A stretch of 64,000 bases of DNA. Source: Candidatus Sumerlaeaceae bacterium (GTDB taxonomy: Bacteria; Sumerlaeota; Sumerlaeia; Sumerlaeales; Sumerlaeaceae). Below, one piece after another: positions 20,085 through 30,737 of this stretch. The first letter of the stretch is position 1. Every line of letters begins with the position of its first letter. The position numbers were made by a program, and so were the translations under genes. Location: contig JBMFRB010000005.1 in assembly GCA_049968255.1 (NCBI GenBank), positions 69,822 through 133,821 on the forward strand, read 5' to 3'. The notes beneath the pieces were generated by a model that did not search any database, had not been told where the DNA came from, and saw only the letters and a list, made by a program, of their open reading frames with translations.

Positions 20085-23000
20085 TTAGTTGTTCTCGTTA
20101 GGTGTTTGCTTTGGACTGTCGAGGGATTTCAGAACATGAAGAGCTTTGCGCACTTGGTTTGTCGTGGACCAGTCACGAAACTCAAATTCCAGGCAATCGG
20201 TGCTGACGATGTAGATTTCGGGCTGACCGTTTCGGATGCATTTGCGCAGCGCATTGGCATAATCGCGGACAAGGTCCGGGCGATGGAGTTTGAGGCCGCG
20301 ACTGGTGTGCACAATTTTCTCTATCCCATGGCGGCGGGCCAGCAGGCGCATTGCAGCCACGGCAAGCAAATTCTCGACCGTTTCGGGGAGACTTTCGACA
20401 GTGCGGCCGTCGCCTAGCTCGCGGGGTACCTCGCCGTAGCGATCGCGAATTTCTTCGGTGATTTCTTCAAGCTCCTGTAGCGTCTGTGCTTCCACGATGC
20501 GCCTGTAAAGAGCTACGCGCTGGCTTTCGACGGGCACATAATCGGCGGGGATATGGGCGGCAAGTTTCCACTGGATTTCCACCTCGCGGCGTTCCTGCTC
20601 TTGGAGTTCTCCTTTGACCTGTGCCACAGCCTCTTCGAGCATTTTGCAGTAGAGCTCGAAGCCTACATCGGCAATGGTGCCGTGCTGCTCGCGGCCCAGC
20701 AGATTGCCAGCGCCGCGGATTTCCAGGTCGCGCACCGCAATGTGGAAACCTGAGCCGAGCTCGGCAAATTCTTCGATGGCAGCAAGGCGCGCGACAGCGG
20801 CTTCTGTGATTGGTTGGCCTTGGGGCACGATGAGGTAGGCGTAGGCCTGGCGACTCTCGCGCCCGACTCGGCCACGCAATTGGTAAAGCTGTGCTAGCCC
20901 GAAAGCATCAGCCCGGTTAATGATGATCGTGTTGACGTTGGGGATATCGAGACCGTTCTCGATAATCGTGGTAGAGACGAGCACATCGTAGTCGCCAGCG
21001 ATGAACTTGAGCATGACCTCTTCGAGCTCGTCATCTGGCATTTGGCCGTGCGCCACAGCTATGCGTGCTGTTGGGACGATCTCGCGCAACCGTTCGGCCA
21101 CTTGTTCGATGGTTTGAATGCGGTTGTGCACAAAGAACACCTGGCCGCCGCGGTTGAGTTCACGCAGGATGGCTTCCTCGATCTGCGCGGGATCGAAATG
21201 GATGAGGCGCGTTTTCACGGGATGCCGATTGGCCGGCGGTGTGGTGATAAGGCTCATCGAACGCAGGCCGCTGAGCGCCATGTAAAGTGTGCGCGGGATA
21301 GGTGTGGCGCTAAGCGAGAGAAAGTCCACATTGGCACGCATTTCCTTGAAGCGCTCTTTCTGGCGAACCCCAAAGCGCTGCTCTTCATCCACAATGACAA
21401 GGCCCAAATCCTGGAATTTCACGTTCTTAGAAAGGAGCGCATGCGTGCCTATCACCATGTGCACTTCGCCACGGCGAAGCCCTTCGAGAACGGCTTTGGT
21501 TTCGGAAGGAGAACGGAACCGCGATAGCAGCTCGACCCGGATGCGATAGCCGGCGAAACGCTCGCGAAAGGTGTTGTAGTGCTGCTGCGCAAGAATGGTT
21601 GTTGGGCAGAGGAGCGCCACCTGTTTGGATTCCTGAATAGCTTTGAAAGCGGCCCGAATTGCCACCTCCGTTTTGCCGAACCCAACGTCGCCGCACAACA
21701 GGCGGTCCATTGGTTTGTCGCTGCGCATATCGGCCTTAACTTCGGCGATGGCACGCAGTTGGTCGGGCGTCTCGGGATAGAGGAACGACGCTTCGAATTC
21801 GATTTGCTCATGTGTGTCCGGGCCGTAAGCGTAGCCGCGGGCAAGCTCGCGTCGGGCATAGAGTTGCGCCAGTTCGCGCGCGAGTTTTTCCACAGCCTCT
21901 TTGCTTTTCTTGCGCCGCTGAATCCAGCGTTTGCTACCGAGTTTGTCGAGTTGGGGCTCCGCCTGGTCGGGGCCAGTGTACTTGTATACGTAGGCAATTT
22001 TCTCGACGGGAACGAGCAGGCGCCCTCCCTCGGCGTAGGCAATGTCGAGAAAATCGCAGACGCGGCCGTCCACCACCTGTGTGCGAATGCCCTCAAAGCG
22101 CCCAATTCCGTGATCTCTGTGAACGACGTACTCGCCCGGCTTAATTTCGCGGATGTCCGCAATCGCCATGCCCTTGTAGAGCTTGCGGTGGATAGGCCGA
22201 CGGCGATACCGGCCGAAAATCTCACGGTCGGTGACGACGTAGAGTCCCGCTTCGAGCGAAACGAATCCTTTGTGCAGATCCCCCACGGTGATGACGATTT
22301 CTTGCAAAGGCTGCTCCAGCGACGTGGCCACGAAACGCCGAAGGAATTCTCGCTGAGCGCGATCCGTGGCCGCATCGACATCCACGTTGGGATTGGGCAC
22401 CACAAAACCGGGCAGCCCCTGCTCAGCAAGCAGCTCGTCCATGCGTTGGGCTTGGCCGGCATTGTCGCACACCACGCACACCGTGCGTCCTTGCGCAAGT
22501 TGCTTGCGAAACTGGCTAAGGTAATACTCGAGTGAGGGGGTGACACCGTCGAAAGAATGGGTGTCGAAAACCGCGACAGCACGGTCTTCCTCGGTGACAG
22601 TGTGGTACACGGCTTTGTGGGCGTTCGCGGCGCGCTTTAGCTCGTCGAGGGAAAGATAAAGTTCGTGCGGTGCAGGCAAGCCACGCTCAGTGCCCCCGCG
22701 TTCGCGGAAACGACGTTCGACAATCTGATGAAAATGCTCAGCAAGGAGCGGATATGTTTCCGGCGTGTCAAAGATAATGAGCGCGCTTGGTGGCAATAGT
22801 TCGATGAGCGAAGTGAGCTGGGCCTGATCGCTGTCGCCTTCGCGACGAATGGCCACCTCGAAAAGGGTGTGCTCGCGAGCGGGCAGAATTGTGACTGCCT
22901 CGATTTCACCTTCGCGCTTCAGCGAACGCTGCGTGTGAACGTCGAACCAACGAAGGCTTTCTATTTCCGTGCCGAAGAGGTCCACGCGGATGCCATGCTC

Positions 23001-23627
23001 CGTGTCGAGGGGGAAAACATCCACGATTCCGCCGCGGATCGAGAATTCGCCGCGCCGTTCGACTGTGGGCACCCGCTCATAGCCCAGCGCCACAAGCCTG
23101 TGTGCGAGCTCAGCTGTGTCGAGCGTGGCACCCCACGTGAGCGTGACAAGGTGCTCACGCAACAATTCGAGCCGTGGCACTCGGCTCAGCAGCGCTTCAA
23201 TCGAGCTAACGCACACATAAGGCTGTCGCGCACTTTCGAGCGAGCACAAGGCATGGAGCACCTCGAGACGCTTGAGCTGCTCTTCGAGCGAAGGCTCTTC
23301 CTCTTCGTAGGGCAGGAGCTCGGATTTTGGGAAGTGGAGTGCTTCAATTTGGCCAAAAAAGCTTAGGTCGTCGTAAAAATCGGAGGCTTTTTCCGCATTG
23401 GACGTAACGAGCAGAATGAACGGCCAAGGCACACGGCCCTCGCCTTGGGCAAGCGCTGCAGCAAACGTTGCAAGCGCTGAGCCGCGCAAACCGGCTACGT
23501 ACACAGCTTCGCCAACACCTGCGCGCGCAAGGGAGCGAGAGACTCTTTCGAAGGCAGATGTGCGCGCAAAGCGAGTCGCTAGCTGGGATGTAAGGCTTTG
23601 GGAAAGTGCTGGTGCCCGTGTTGACAT
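20085..23627 (-). CDS. mfd: Transcription-repair coupling factor
   Basis: UvrB-like N-module (GEFSIRGGIVDVFP), RID VVHRDHGIGRF, CGDVGFGKTEVA, DEEQRFGV, SATPIPRT, QLRGRVGR, TRG DLEIRGAGNLLG. Start at ATG 23627 after AAGGA. Confidence 0.98.
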   Translation of the reverse strand: MSTRAPALSQSLTSQLATRFARTSAFERVSRSLARAGVGEAVYVAGLRGSALATFAAALAQGEGRVPWPFILLVTSNAEKASDFYDDLSFFGQIEALHFPKSELLPYEEEEPSLEEQLKRLEVLHALCSLESARQPYVCVSSIEALLSRVPRLELLREHLVTLTWGATLDTAELAHRLVALGYERVPTVERRGEFSIRGGIVDVFPLDTEHGIRVDLFGTEIESLRWFDVHTQRSLKREGEIEAVTILPAREHTLFEVAIRREGDSDQAQLTSLIELLPPSALIIFDTPETYPLLAEHFHQIVERRFRERGGTERGLPAPHELYLSLDELKRAANAHKAVYHTVTEEDRAVAVFDTHSFDGVTPSLEYYLSQFRKQLAQGRTVCVVCDNAGQAQRMDELLAEQGLPGFVVPNPNVDVDAATDRAQREFLRRFVATSLEQPLQEIVITVGDLHKGFVSLEAGLYVVTDREIFGRYRRRPIHRKLYKGMAIADIREIKPGEYVVHRDHGIGRFEGIRTQVVDGRVCDFLDIAYAEGGRLLVPVEKIAYVYKYTGPDQAEPQLDKLGSKRWIQRRKKSKEAVEKLARELAQLYARRELARGYAYGPDTHEQIEFEASFLYPETPDQLRAIAEVKADMRSDKPMDRLLCGDVGFGKTEVAIRAAFKAIQESKQVALLCPTTILAQQHYNTFRERFAGYRIRVELLSRFRSPSETKAVLEGLRRGEVHMVIGTHALLSKNVKFQDLGLVIVDEEQRFGVRQKERFKEMRANVDFLSLSATPIPRTLYMALSGLRSMSLITTPPANRHPVKTRLIHFDPAQIEEAILRELNRGGQVFFVHNRIQTIEQVAERLREIVPTARIAVAHGQMPDDELEEVMLKFIAGDYDVLVSTTIIENGLDIPNVNTIIINRADAFGLAQLYQLRGRVGRESRQAYAYLIVPQGQPITEAAVARLAAIEEFAELGSGFHIAVRDLEIRGAGNLLGREQHGTIADVGFELYCKMLEEAVAQVKGELQEQERREVEIQWKLAAHIPADYVPVESQRVALYRRIVEAQTLQELEEITEEIRDRYGEVPRELGDGRTVESLPETVENLLAVAAMRLLARRHGIEKIVHTSRGLKLHRPDLVRDYANALRKCIRNGQPEIYIVSTDCLEFEFRDWSTTNQVRKALHVLKSLDSPKQTPNENN

Positions 23628-23915
23628 GAATTCCTTCGGATCCGTTTTTGCGAATACCACTAGCGATGAGAGTTCGTTCGCGAGAGAGTTCCGGTCAGAA
23701 CTACAATTTCATCATGAGTTTACGTCTTGCTGCAAATACAGGCCACTACGTGGAACGATCGCTTTCGGCAACGGGTTGGGCAGGTGTGCTGCCGCGCCCT
23801 ACGCGTGTGACCTTCGCGCTTGATCATGTCCCGAGGAAAACAAAAATGGTCTCTCGTGTGAGACAAAATGGGTCAACACTAACGGGATGATTCCCAGGCA
23901 ACGAGGAGGAGCGCA

Positions 23916-25160
23916 TTGAGTTCGGCATTGCGCGAGAGAGCTCGGCGACTGGCCGAGTTTTATCGTCGGGCGCTCTTGGAAGATGTGATTGCGTTCTGGT
24001 GTCGACATTCGCCGGACCGCGAGTGGGGCGGTTACTTCACGTGCTTGGACCGTCGCGGGGACGTGTATGACACTGATAAGTTTACTTGGCTTCAGGCGCG
24101 CCAACTGTGGACGTTTTCGATGCTCTACAATCGCCTGGAGCGACGCGAGGAATGGTTGGAGATGGCGCGGCTCGGCGCGGATTTCCTTGCACGGCATGTT
24201 CGCGATGAGCAGGGGCATTGGTATTTTTCAATGACGCGGGACGGACGTCCCCTCGTCCGGCCTTACAATATTTTCTCCGAGTGTTTCGGGGCGATGGGGT
24301 TTGCGCAATACGCGTTGGCTACGGGCCGCGAGGAAGCGGCCGAAATCGCACGCCAGGCTTGGCAAGTGATTCAATGCCGCCGGCAAAATCCGAAGGGCCG
24401 CTGGTCGAAAGTTGTGCCCGGCACGCGCCCAATTGTGTCATGCACGCTGACCATGATTCTGTCCAATCTGGTGCTCGAAATGGAACATTTGCTGCCACAG
24501 GAGGAAGTCGAGCAGTGCCTGACGGACTGTGTGGAGACGGTGATGGGACGGTTTGTGGATAGCGAAACCGGACTCATGTTCGAGCACATTGCACCTGATC
24601 ATTCTCACCCAGACACATTTGAAGGGCGTTTGCTTATTCCTGGCCACGCGCTCGAGGCTATGTGGTTTATGATGGTCATTGGCGAAAGGCGTGGTGACAC
24701 CAAACTCATCGAGCGCGCCATCGGCACAGCCCTGCAGACAATGGAATTTGCCTGGGACAAAGAATGCGACGGGCTATTTTACTTCATGGACGCCCAAAAT
24801 AAGCCCCCATTGCAACTTGAATGGGATCAAAAGCTCTGGTGGGTGCACTGCGAAGCACTCGTGGCGCTGGCAAAGTCCGTTCGATTGGCTTCCACAAGCC
24901 AATTGCGCCGAGCAGCGTGGGACTGGTATAAGCGCGTCCATGACTACACGTGGAGCCACTTCCCTGACCCTGAATTTGGGGAATGGTTTGGATACCTGCA
25001 TCGCGAGGGGCAAAACGTCAATTTTGCCAAGGGGGGCAAATGGAAAGGCTGCTATCACATCCCGCGGGCCCTTTACGTATGTATGCGAGAATTCGAACAA
25101 ATGGCACAACAGCAAATGGGAGAAGCATCGGGAGTGGACTCAACTGTCCCCATTGACTAG
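23916..25160 (+). CDS. AGE family epimerase (N-acyl-D-glucosamine 2-epimerase)
   Basis: [58 protein letters not shown]; GAGGAG SD before TTG. Confidence 0.93.
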   Translation: MSSALRERARRLAEFYRRALLEDVIAFWCRHSPDREWGGYFTCLDRRGDVYDTDKFTWLQARQLWTFSMLYNRLERREEWLEMARLGADFLARHVRDEQGHWYFSMTRDGRPLVRPYNIFSECFGAMGFAQYALATGREEAAEIARQAWQVIQCRRQNPKGRWSKVVPGTRPIVSCTLTMILSNLVLEMEHLLPQEEVEQCLTDCVETVMGRFVDSETGLMFEHIAPDHSHPDTFEGRLLIPGHALEAMWFMMVIGERRGDTKLIERAIGTALQTMEFAWDKECDGLFYFMDAQNKPPLQLEWDQKLWWVHCEALVALAKSVRLASTSQLRRAAWDWYKRVHDYTWSHFPDPEFGEWFGYLHREGQNVNFAKGGKWKGCYHIPRALYVCMREFEQMAQQQMGEASGVDSTVPID

Positions 25161-25184
25161 AGCGGCCTCAAAGGGAAAGACGCC

Positions 25185-26021
25185 ATGAGCATGATTCGCG
25201 AAATTTACCAAACAATCAGCCAATTGCTGCAGGAAGGCAAACGCGGCGCACTTATTACGGTCGTGGAAACGGTGGGTTCCACGCCGCGTAAAGCTGGCGC
25301 GAAAATGCTGGTGACAGAGGACGGCCAACTCATCGGCACAGTGGGCGGCGGATGCGTGGAGGCTGACCTGGTGGCCTACGCCAAGCAGGTCATAAGGCTA
25401 GGGCAGCCAGGGATGTTTGAAGTGGACCTCACAGCTAAGAATGCGGACGAAAACGACATGCTTTGCGGTGGGAAAATGAAAGCATTCATCGAACCGATCG
25501 TCCCCGAGGAACATCTCGTCATTTTTGGCGGTGGACACATTTCGCGAGCATTGCACGAATTCGCGGCGAAGGTGGGGTTCCGCGTGACAGTGACAGATGA
25601 TCGCCCTGAATTTGCTAATGCTGAGCGTTTCCCGCTGGCTGCGCACATTGTGGCCGAACCTTTTGAAAAACAGGCCGAGCTAGTATCCGTCGATCAGAAC
25701 ACTTATGTGGTTATTGCCACGCGTGGCCACAGCTATGACGAGCTGTGCATGGAGATTGCGCTGGGTACTCCGGCGCGCTATATCGCGATGGTCGGCAGCC
25801 GCACGAAGGTGGGCTTATTCAAGAAAAACCTTCGCGACAGGGGCTTCAGCGACGATGAGCTCGCGCGGGTCGTCTGTCCGGCAGGTTTAGATATTGGCGC
25901 AGAAACTCCCGAGGAGATTGCAATCTCCATTGTGGCACAGATGATTGCCATAAGGCGGCTGGGGCAGCTTCGCGCTGGCGATTTTTCAAAGAAAAAAAGC
26001 TCTGTCGAGCAACAGGCGTAA
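25185..26021 (+). CDS. XdhC/CoxI family molybdoenzyme maturation factor
   Basis: GSTPRKAGAKM, GTVGGGCVE, CGG, FGGGHIS, ATRGHSYD, PAGLDIGAETPEEIAISI. Confidence 0.92.
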   Translation: MSMIREIYQTISQLLQEGKRGALITVVETVGSTPRKAGAKMLVTEDGQLIGTVGGGCVEADLVAYAKQVIRLGQPGMFEVDLTAKNADENDMLCGGKMKAFIEPIVPEEHLVIFGGGHISRALHEFAAKVGFRVTVTDDRPEFANAERFPLAAHIVAEPFEKQAELVSVDQNTYVVIATRGHSYDELCMEIALGTPARYIAMVGSRTKVGLFKKNLRDRGFSDDELARVVCPAGLDIGAETPEEIAISIVAQMIAIRRLGQLRAGDFSKKKSSVEQQA

Positions 26022-26351
26022 GGCCGGCAATACCGCGACGTTTGGGTGACTGGCGCGCGGCTTGGCTAGGTTAGACAAGTTGAGATTTCGCGGCAGTCGC
26101 TGGATTTGACTCCTCCTGTAAGCGCTTCATGACCTCTTTGCTTCCCATGAGTTTCCCCCGCCATTCACTTTTTCCTCCTGACGCGCAAAACTTTTTGGTC
26201 GGCGTCTCTCAGGGGCATCCCATAGAATTTGCACTTTTATGACGAAGACACGGTAAAAAATTTGTTCTGTTGCTTCATTCTGTCATTTTTCCAAAATAAG
26301 TTTCTGGTCATTGGGGTAGATTATGAGCGACTTCTTCAGAATCTTTTCAAT

Positions 26352-27650
26352 ATGCGCAGCGAGAACCCCAAATTTTCTGAATTTGCTCAAAGCGAAGGAC
26401 CAGCCGAGCGGCGCGCGCACCGCTTGGCCTTGATCCGTTTCCACGTGTGGCGCGAAGGCCCCGTTTCACGGGCGCGCATTGGGAAAATCTTGGGGCTCAA
26501 CCTACCCACGGTATCGAATTGTGTAGGCGAGCTTCTGAAAAAAGGGGAGCTCGTAGAAGAGGGCTTTGCCGAATCCACGGGCGGCCGAAAGCCTCAATTG
26601 CTCAACGTCAACCCTCAAAAAGCGAGCGTTATTGGAGTCGCTTTCTCGACCCGCGGCATAAGCAGTGCATGGGCTGACTTGCGAGGGACTCTTCAAAATA
26701 TCCACATTTACTCGTTTTCTCCAAGCGAAGGAAAAGAAAAAGCTCTTGCGACTTTGCGCGAGGCGATTGTCGACCAACTCGAGGCCGTGAGGCTTGCGCC
26801 TCAAGCCGGGCCGGTCAAACAGATTGCTATTGGCATTTCCGGGTTGGTGAACGCGCGCGAGGGCGTGTCGCTGGGTTTTCCGCGGTTTGACGAATGGGTC
26901 GACATCCCGCTGCGTTCGATTTTCGAGAACGAGTTCGGCGTGCCCGTAGTGGTCGACAATCACATCGTAGCCGTGACGCTCGCCGAAAGCATTGCAGGCC
27001 AGCTTCGCGATTTCGAGAACGCTCTTTACGTCCAGCTTGGGCCGGGTCTGGGGGTGGGAATCCTCATCAATGAACGCATTTACCGCGGCTCGAAGCTCAA
27101 TGTTGGCGAGTTTGGGCACACCACGGTCACCGAGCACGGTCCGATTTGTTACTGCGGCAACTACGGATGCTTAGAAAGTTTGGCCAGTGATTATGCGCTG
27201 GTGCAGCAGACTGAGGCTGCGCTGCGCGAGGGGGTAAAGACGGCTATACCGGAATATGCGCCGGAGCCGGGCAAAATCACCACGGGGGCAATCTTCCGTG
27301 CCGCCGCCGACGGCGACCGCTTTGCCCTGAATCTGGTGGAGAAAGCCGCGCGCCTCATCGGAACTGGCATTGCCAACTTGGTGAACCTCTTTGGCCCGCA
27401 GAAGATCATCATTGGGGGAACCATGGCGGAGGCCGGAGGGGACATGCTGATGTCCGCATTGTGCGCCACCTTGAGCACAAAGGCGCTCGATCGCATGGAG
27501 AAGGACGTGGAGATCCGCCAAAGCAGCTTTGGCAAAGAAGAGGCAATCCGTGGGGCGGTGACGCTGGCCCTCTATCACTACTTTGCTGCGCCTCTAGTGG
27601 CAGAAAGTGGCATGATTGGCGGGCTCTTGGATCTGAGAGGTTTGGCCTGA
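26352..27650 (+). CDS. ROK family transcriptional regulator (NagC/Mlc/XylR-like)
   Basis: wHTH (SRARIGKILGLNLPTVS..STGGRKP) and ROK Zn motif GEFGH..CYCGNYGCLE. ATG 26352 chosen; start uncertain. Confidence 0.93.
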   Translation: MRSENPKFSEFAQSEGPAERRAHRLALIRFHVWREGPVSRARIGKILGLNLPTVSNCVGELLKKGELVEEGFAESTGGRKPQLLNVNPQKASVIGVAFSTRGISSAWADLRGTLQNIHIYSFSPSEGKEKALATLREAIVDQLEAVRLAPQAGPVKQIAIGISGLVNAREGVSLGFPRFDEWVDIPLRSIFENEFGVPVVVDNHIVAVTLAESIAGQLRDFENALYVQLGPGLGVGILINERIYRGSKLNVGEFGHTTVTEHGPICYCGNYGCLESLASDYALVQQTEAALREGVKTAIPEYAPEPGKITTGAIFRAAADGDRFALNLVEKAARLIGTGIANLVNLFGPQKIIIGGTMAEAGGDMLMSALCATLSTKALDRMEKDVEIRQSSFGKEEAIRGAVTLALYHYFAAPLVAESGMIGGLLDLRGLA

Positions 27651-27720
27651 TCCGAGATTCGGGCAGCGTGCAACACTGCCCGAATGTCGAGTCAGACAAA
27701 TTTACGACAGGAGTAAAGTT

Positions 27721-28533
27721 ATGGAAGTTATTATCGCCAAGGACCGCCAGGAATTGGCGGAAATTGCTGCGGGAATCATCCGCGAACAGATCCGGCGTAA
27801 GCCAAACTCGGTGCTGGGGTTGGCCACGGGTTCCACGCCGGAAGACACCTACAAGCGCCTCATCCGCTACCATAAGGAGGAGGGGCTGGATTTCTCGAAG
27901 GTCGTGACCTTCAATCTGGACGAGTACCTCGGGCTGCCGAAGGATCACGATCAAAGCTACTGGTACTTCATGCATGACCGCCTGTTCAACCACGTGAACA
28001 TCAATCCCTCGAACGTTCACGTGCCTGACGGCATGGCTCCCGATCCGGAAGCTTTTTGTGAGTGGTACGAGGAAGAGATCGAGCGCCACGGTGGCATTGA
28101 CCTGCAGTTGCTGGGCATTGGCGGCGACGGTCACATCGCGTTCAACGAGCCTGGCAGCTCGCTGGCGAGCCGCACGCGGGTGAAGGCGCTGACCGAGCAG
28201 ACCATCAAAGATAACGCCGAGCTCTTCTTCGGCAAAGACAAGCAACACCTGGTGCCGCGCTTTGCGATCACGATGGGCGTGGGCACGATTCTTGAAGCCC
28301 GAAAGCTCTTGCTCATCGCCTTTGGCAAGCGGAAAGCTGCCATCTGCAAGAAGTTCATCGAGGGGCCGGTGACCTCTATGGTGACGGCGAGCGCGCTGCA
28401 GCTTCATCCGAAGGCCATCGTCGTGCTCGATGAAGAAGCAGCAGCTGAGCTGGAGTACAAAGATTACTACAAGTGGGTCCAGAAGATGAAAAAGGAAGAG
28501 TATCAGAAGGTGCTCGACCGGTTGGCCCAGTAA
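27721..28533 (+). CDS. nagB: Glucosamine-6-phosphate deaminase
   Basis: VLGLATGSTP, TFNLDEY, DLQLLGIGGDGHIAFNEPGS, AITMGVGTI, ASALQLH; AGGAG SD. Confidence 0.97.
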   Translation: MEVIIAKDRQELAEIAAGIIREQIRRKPNSVLGLATGSTPEDTYKRLIRYHKEEGLDFSKVVTFNLDEYLGLPKDHDQSYWYFMHDRLFNHVNINPSNVHVPDGMAPDPEAFCEWYEEEIERHGGIDLQLLGIGGDGHIAFNEPGSSLASRTRVKALTEQTIKDNAELFFGKDKQHLVPRFAITMGVGTILEARKLLLIAFGKRKAAICKKFIEGPVTSMVTASALQLHPKAIVVLDEEAAAELEYKDYYKWVQKMKKEEYQKVLDRLAQ

Positions 28534-28699
28534 ACAAATTGCTCAACTGCAGTGCGAGAGCTGAGAGGCCTCGCTGCAGCTTAGCTAAGGGGTCCGCAGC
28601 GGGAGCGCCGAGATTGGGTGCTCCCGCTGGCGTGAGCAGACGGCCGTTTTCTCAGTGTCGGCCGAAAACAGATGGCCATTTCGCAAAGAGGTGACACGT

Positions 28700-30598
28700 A
28701 TGGCAAAGTATTTCCCAGAACTGGAAGAAGTTGTGAAGAAGTCCGAAGTGCTCACCGCTGTCGAGCGCGTGAAGAAGCTTGCCCCGAAGGGCAAGGCGGT
28801 GAGTGAAGACCCCGAGCTTCAAAAACAGCTCGAGGCAGCTGGCTGCTGGGCTGCCGACTGGAGCAAGGTGCGCGTGGCCGATGGCTTTAGTCCGCGCCGC
28901 GTGGCGGCTGTGAAGTTTTTCGGTGAAGTCTATCTCGGGAAGTTCACGGAAAACGAAATTGAGGCGGACAAAGGCGTCAAGCTTCCCGCGGGCGTTTATC
29001 ACAGTGTGGTGTGCGACAGCGTGATCGAGGACGACGCCCTTATTCATAACGTTGGCGTGCTGTCGAACTACGTTGTCGGCCCGCGCGCGGTCGTCATGAA
29101 CTGCAAGACGGTCAGTGCCACTCCCGGCACCGCGTTTGGCAATGGTGTCGAGATGTCGATCGCCATCGAGACCGGCGGCCGCGAGGTTCTGTCCTATGCA
29201 GAGCTTTCGATCCCCGTGGCGGAAAAAGTGGCAAAGAGCCGCGATAACAAAGAACTGCTGGCTGAGTACGCGGATTTCGTGGCCAAATATGTGGATGCTG
29301 CGAAAAGCCCAAAAGGGATCATCGAAGAGGGCGCGAGGGTCACCAACACAGCCAAAGTGCTCAACACCTACGTTGGCCCTTATGCTGTGATTGATGGAGC
29401 CACCAAGGTTGCGGAGGCCACGCTGCTGTCGAACAAGGACGAAAAGACCGAAGTGCTTGACGGCGCGTGGGTGGTAAAATCCATTTTGCAATGGGGATGC
29501 GAAGCCGCCTCGATGGCCATTGTGGACAGCTCTGTGTGCACGGAGCACAGCCACGTCGAGCGCCACGGGAAGGTCACGCAGTCGATCCTGGGCCCGAACA
29601 CCGGAATTGCTGAAGGTGAGGTTACGGCCTCGCTTGTGGGACCATTCGTTGGGTTCCACCATCAATCGTTGCTCATTGCGGCGCTCTGGCCTGAGGGCAA
29701 AGGCAACGTGGGCTACGGTGCCAATGTTGGCTCGAACCATACGTCAAAAGCGCCGGATCAGGAAATTTGGCCGGGCGAAGGCACGTTCTTCGGTCTCGGC
29801 ACAAACATCAAATTCCCGAGCAATTTCACGAAGGCTCCTTACTCGATTATTGCTACGGCGGTAAATGCGTTGCCCCAAAAGGTGGAGTTCCCCTTCTCAC
29901 TCATCAACTCTCCTGCAGATCGCTACGAGGGGATTTCGCCGGCCTACAATGAAATCATGCCAGGCTGGGTGCTCAGCGACAATATCTACACTGTGAAGCG
30001 CAACGAAGGCAAGTACATCAAACGCAACAAGGCTCGTCGCAGCCAGTTTGTGTTCGAGGTGTTCCGTCCGGACATCGTGGACCTCATGATCGAAGCTCGC
30101 CGGCGCCTGCAGGAAGTGAAGGAGGTCAAGGCGGTTTACTCGGATAAGGATATCAAAGGGCTAGGCAAGAACTACATGCTCGAGTCGAGCCGCAAAAAAG
30201 GCATCGAAGCCTACAGCTTTTATATCCAGTTTTACGCGCTCAACGGCCTCAAGAAAAAGGTCGAAAAAACCATTGCAGAGAAGGGCGCGGCGGCCGTAAA
30301 AGATATCTTGACGGCTGCAAGTGACGACCCGCGTTGGGAACACGAGCGCAAAGTTCTTACGGCGGAGTTTGCGGGCAAGGACGTGAAGGAACTTCTGCAA
30401 CTGCTTGTTCAGTATCAGGAGAAAGTGGCCAAAGACGTCCAAGTCTCGAAAGAGAAAGATGATAATCGCGGGGCGCGTATCATCCCCGATTACGTCTATG
30501 CTCACGCTCCTGCTGAACAAGACGGCTTCGTGAAGGAAACGTGGGAAGCCACGAAGAAACTCAAAGCAGACGTCGAAGCACTGCTCGCTCAATTGTGA
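28700..30598 (+). CDS. DUF4954 family protein (left-handed beta-helix repeats)
   Basis: LEAAGCWAADWSKV, EGEVTASLVGPFVGFHHQSLLIA, NVGYGANVGSNH, PGWVLSDNIY; GAGGTG SD before ATG 28700. Confidence 0.82.
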   Translation: MAKYFPELEEVVKKSEVLTAVERVKKLAPKGKAVSEDPELQKQLEAAGCWAADWSKVRVADGFSPRRVAAVKFFGEVYLGKFTENEIEADKGVKLPAGVYHSVVCDSVIEDDALIHNVGVLSNYVVGPRAVVMNCKTVSATPGTAFGNGVEMSIAIETGGREVLSYAELSIPVAEKVAKSRDNKELLAEYADFVAKYVDAAKSPKGIIEEGARVTNTAKVLNTYVGPYAVIDGATKVAEATLLSNKDEKTEVLDGAWVVKSILQWGCEAASMAIVDSSVCTEHSHVERHGKVTQSILGPNTGIAEGEVTASLVGPFVGFHHQSLLIAALWPEGKGNVGYGANVGSNHTSKAPDQEIWPGEGTFFGLGTNIKFPSNFTKAPYSIIATAVNALPQKVEFPFSLINSPADRYEGISPAYNEIMPGWVLSDNIYTVKRNEGKYIKRNKARRSQFVFEVFRPDIVDLMIEARRRLQEVKEVKAVYSDKDIKGLGKNYMLESSRKKGIEAYSFYIQFYALNGLKKKVEKTIAEKGAAAVKDILTAASDDPRWEHERKVLTAEFAGKDVKELLQLLVQYQEKVAKDVQVSKEKDDNRGARIIPDYVYAHAPAEQDGFVKETWEATKKLKADVEALLAQL

Positions 30599-30737
30599 GG
30601 CGCTTCCTGCGAGTTGGCGAAGGCGGGCTCATCAGCGAGCCGGTCGCGTTGAGTCCGCCTCGCAGCAAGCGGGAAAGCTAGCAAGCTGAGGGGAGCAGAG
30701 CACAACGTGGTGTGACATCAGGAAAGGTGCGACAACC

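Noticed and set aside
21452-22582. Long alternative-frame and antisense ORFs inside mfd (376 aa, 318 aa)
   Set aside because: Fully overlap a well-conserved gene and have no motifs; typical shadow ORFs in GC-rich DNA.
26255-26305. Possible ROK/NagC operator upstream of the ROK gene
   Set aside because: AT-rich, but only a weak imperfect inverted repeat; I cannot support a specific site.
27409-29740. Antisense ORFs of 332 aa and 362 aa opposite nagB and DUF4954
   Set aside because: Mirror frames of strongly codon-biased genes, with no family features.
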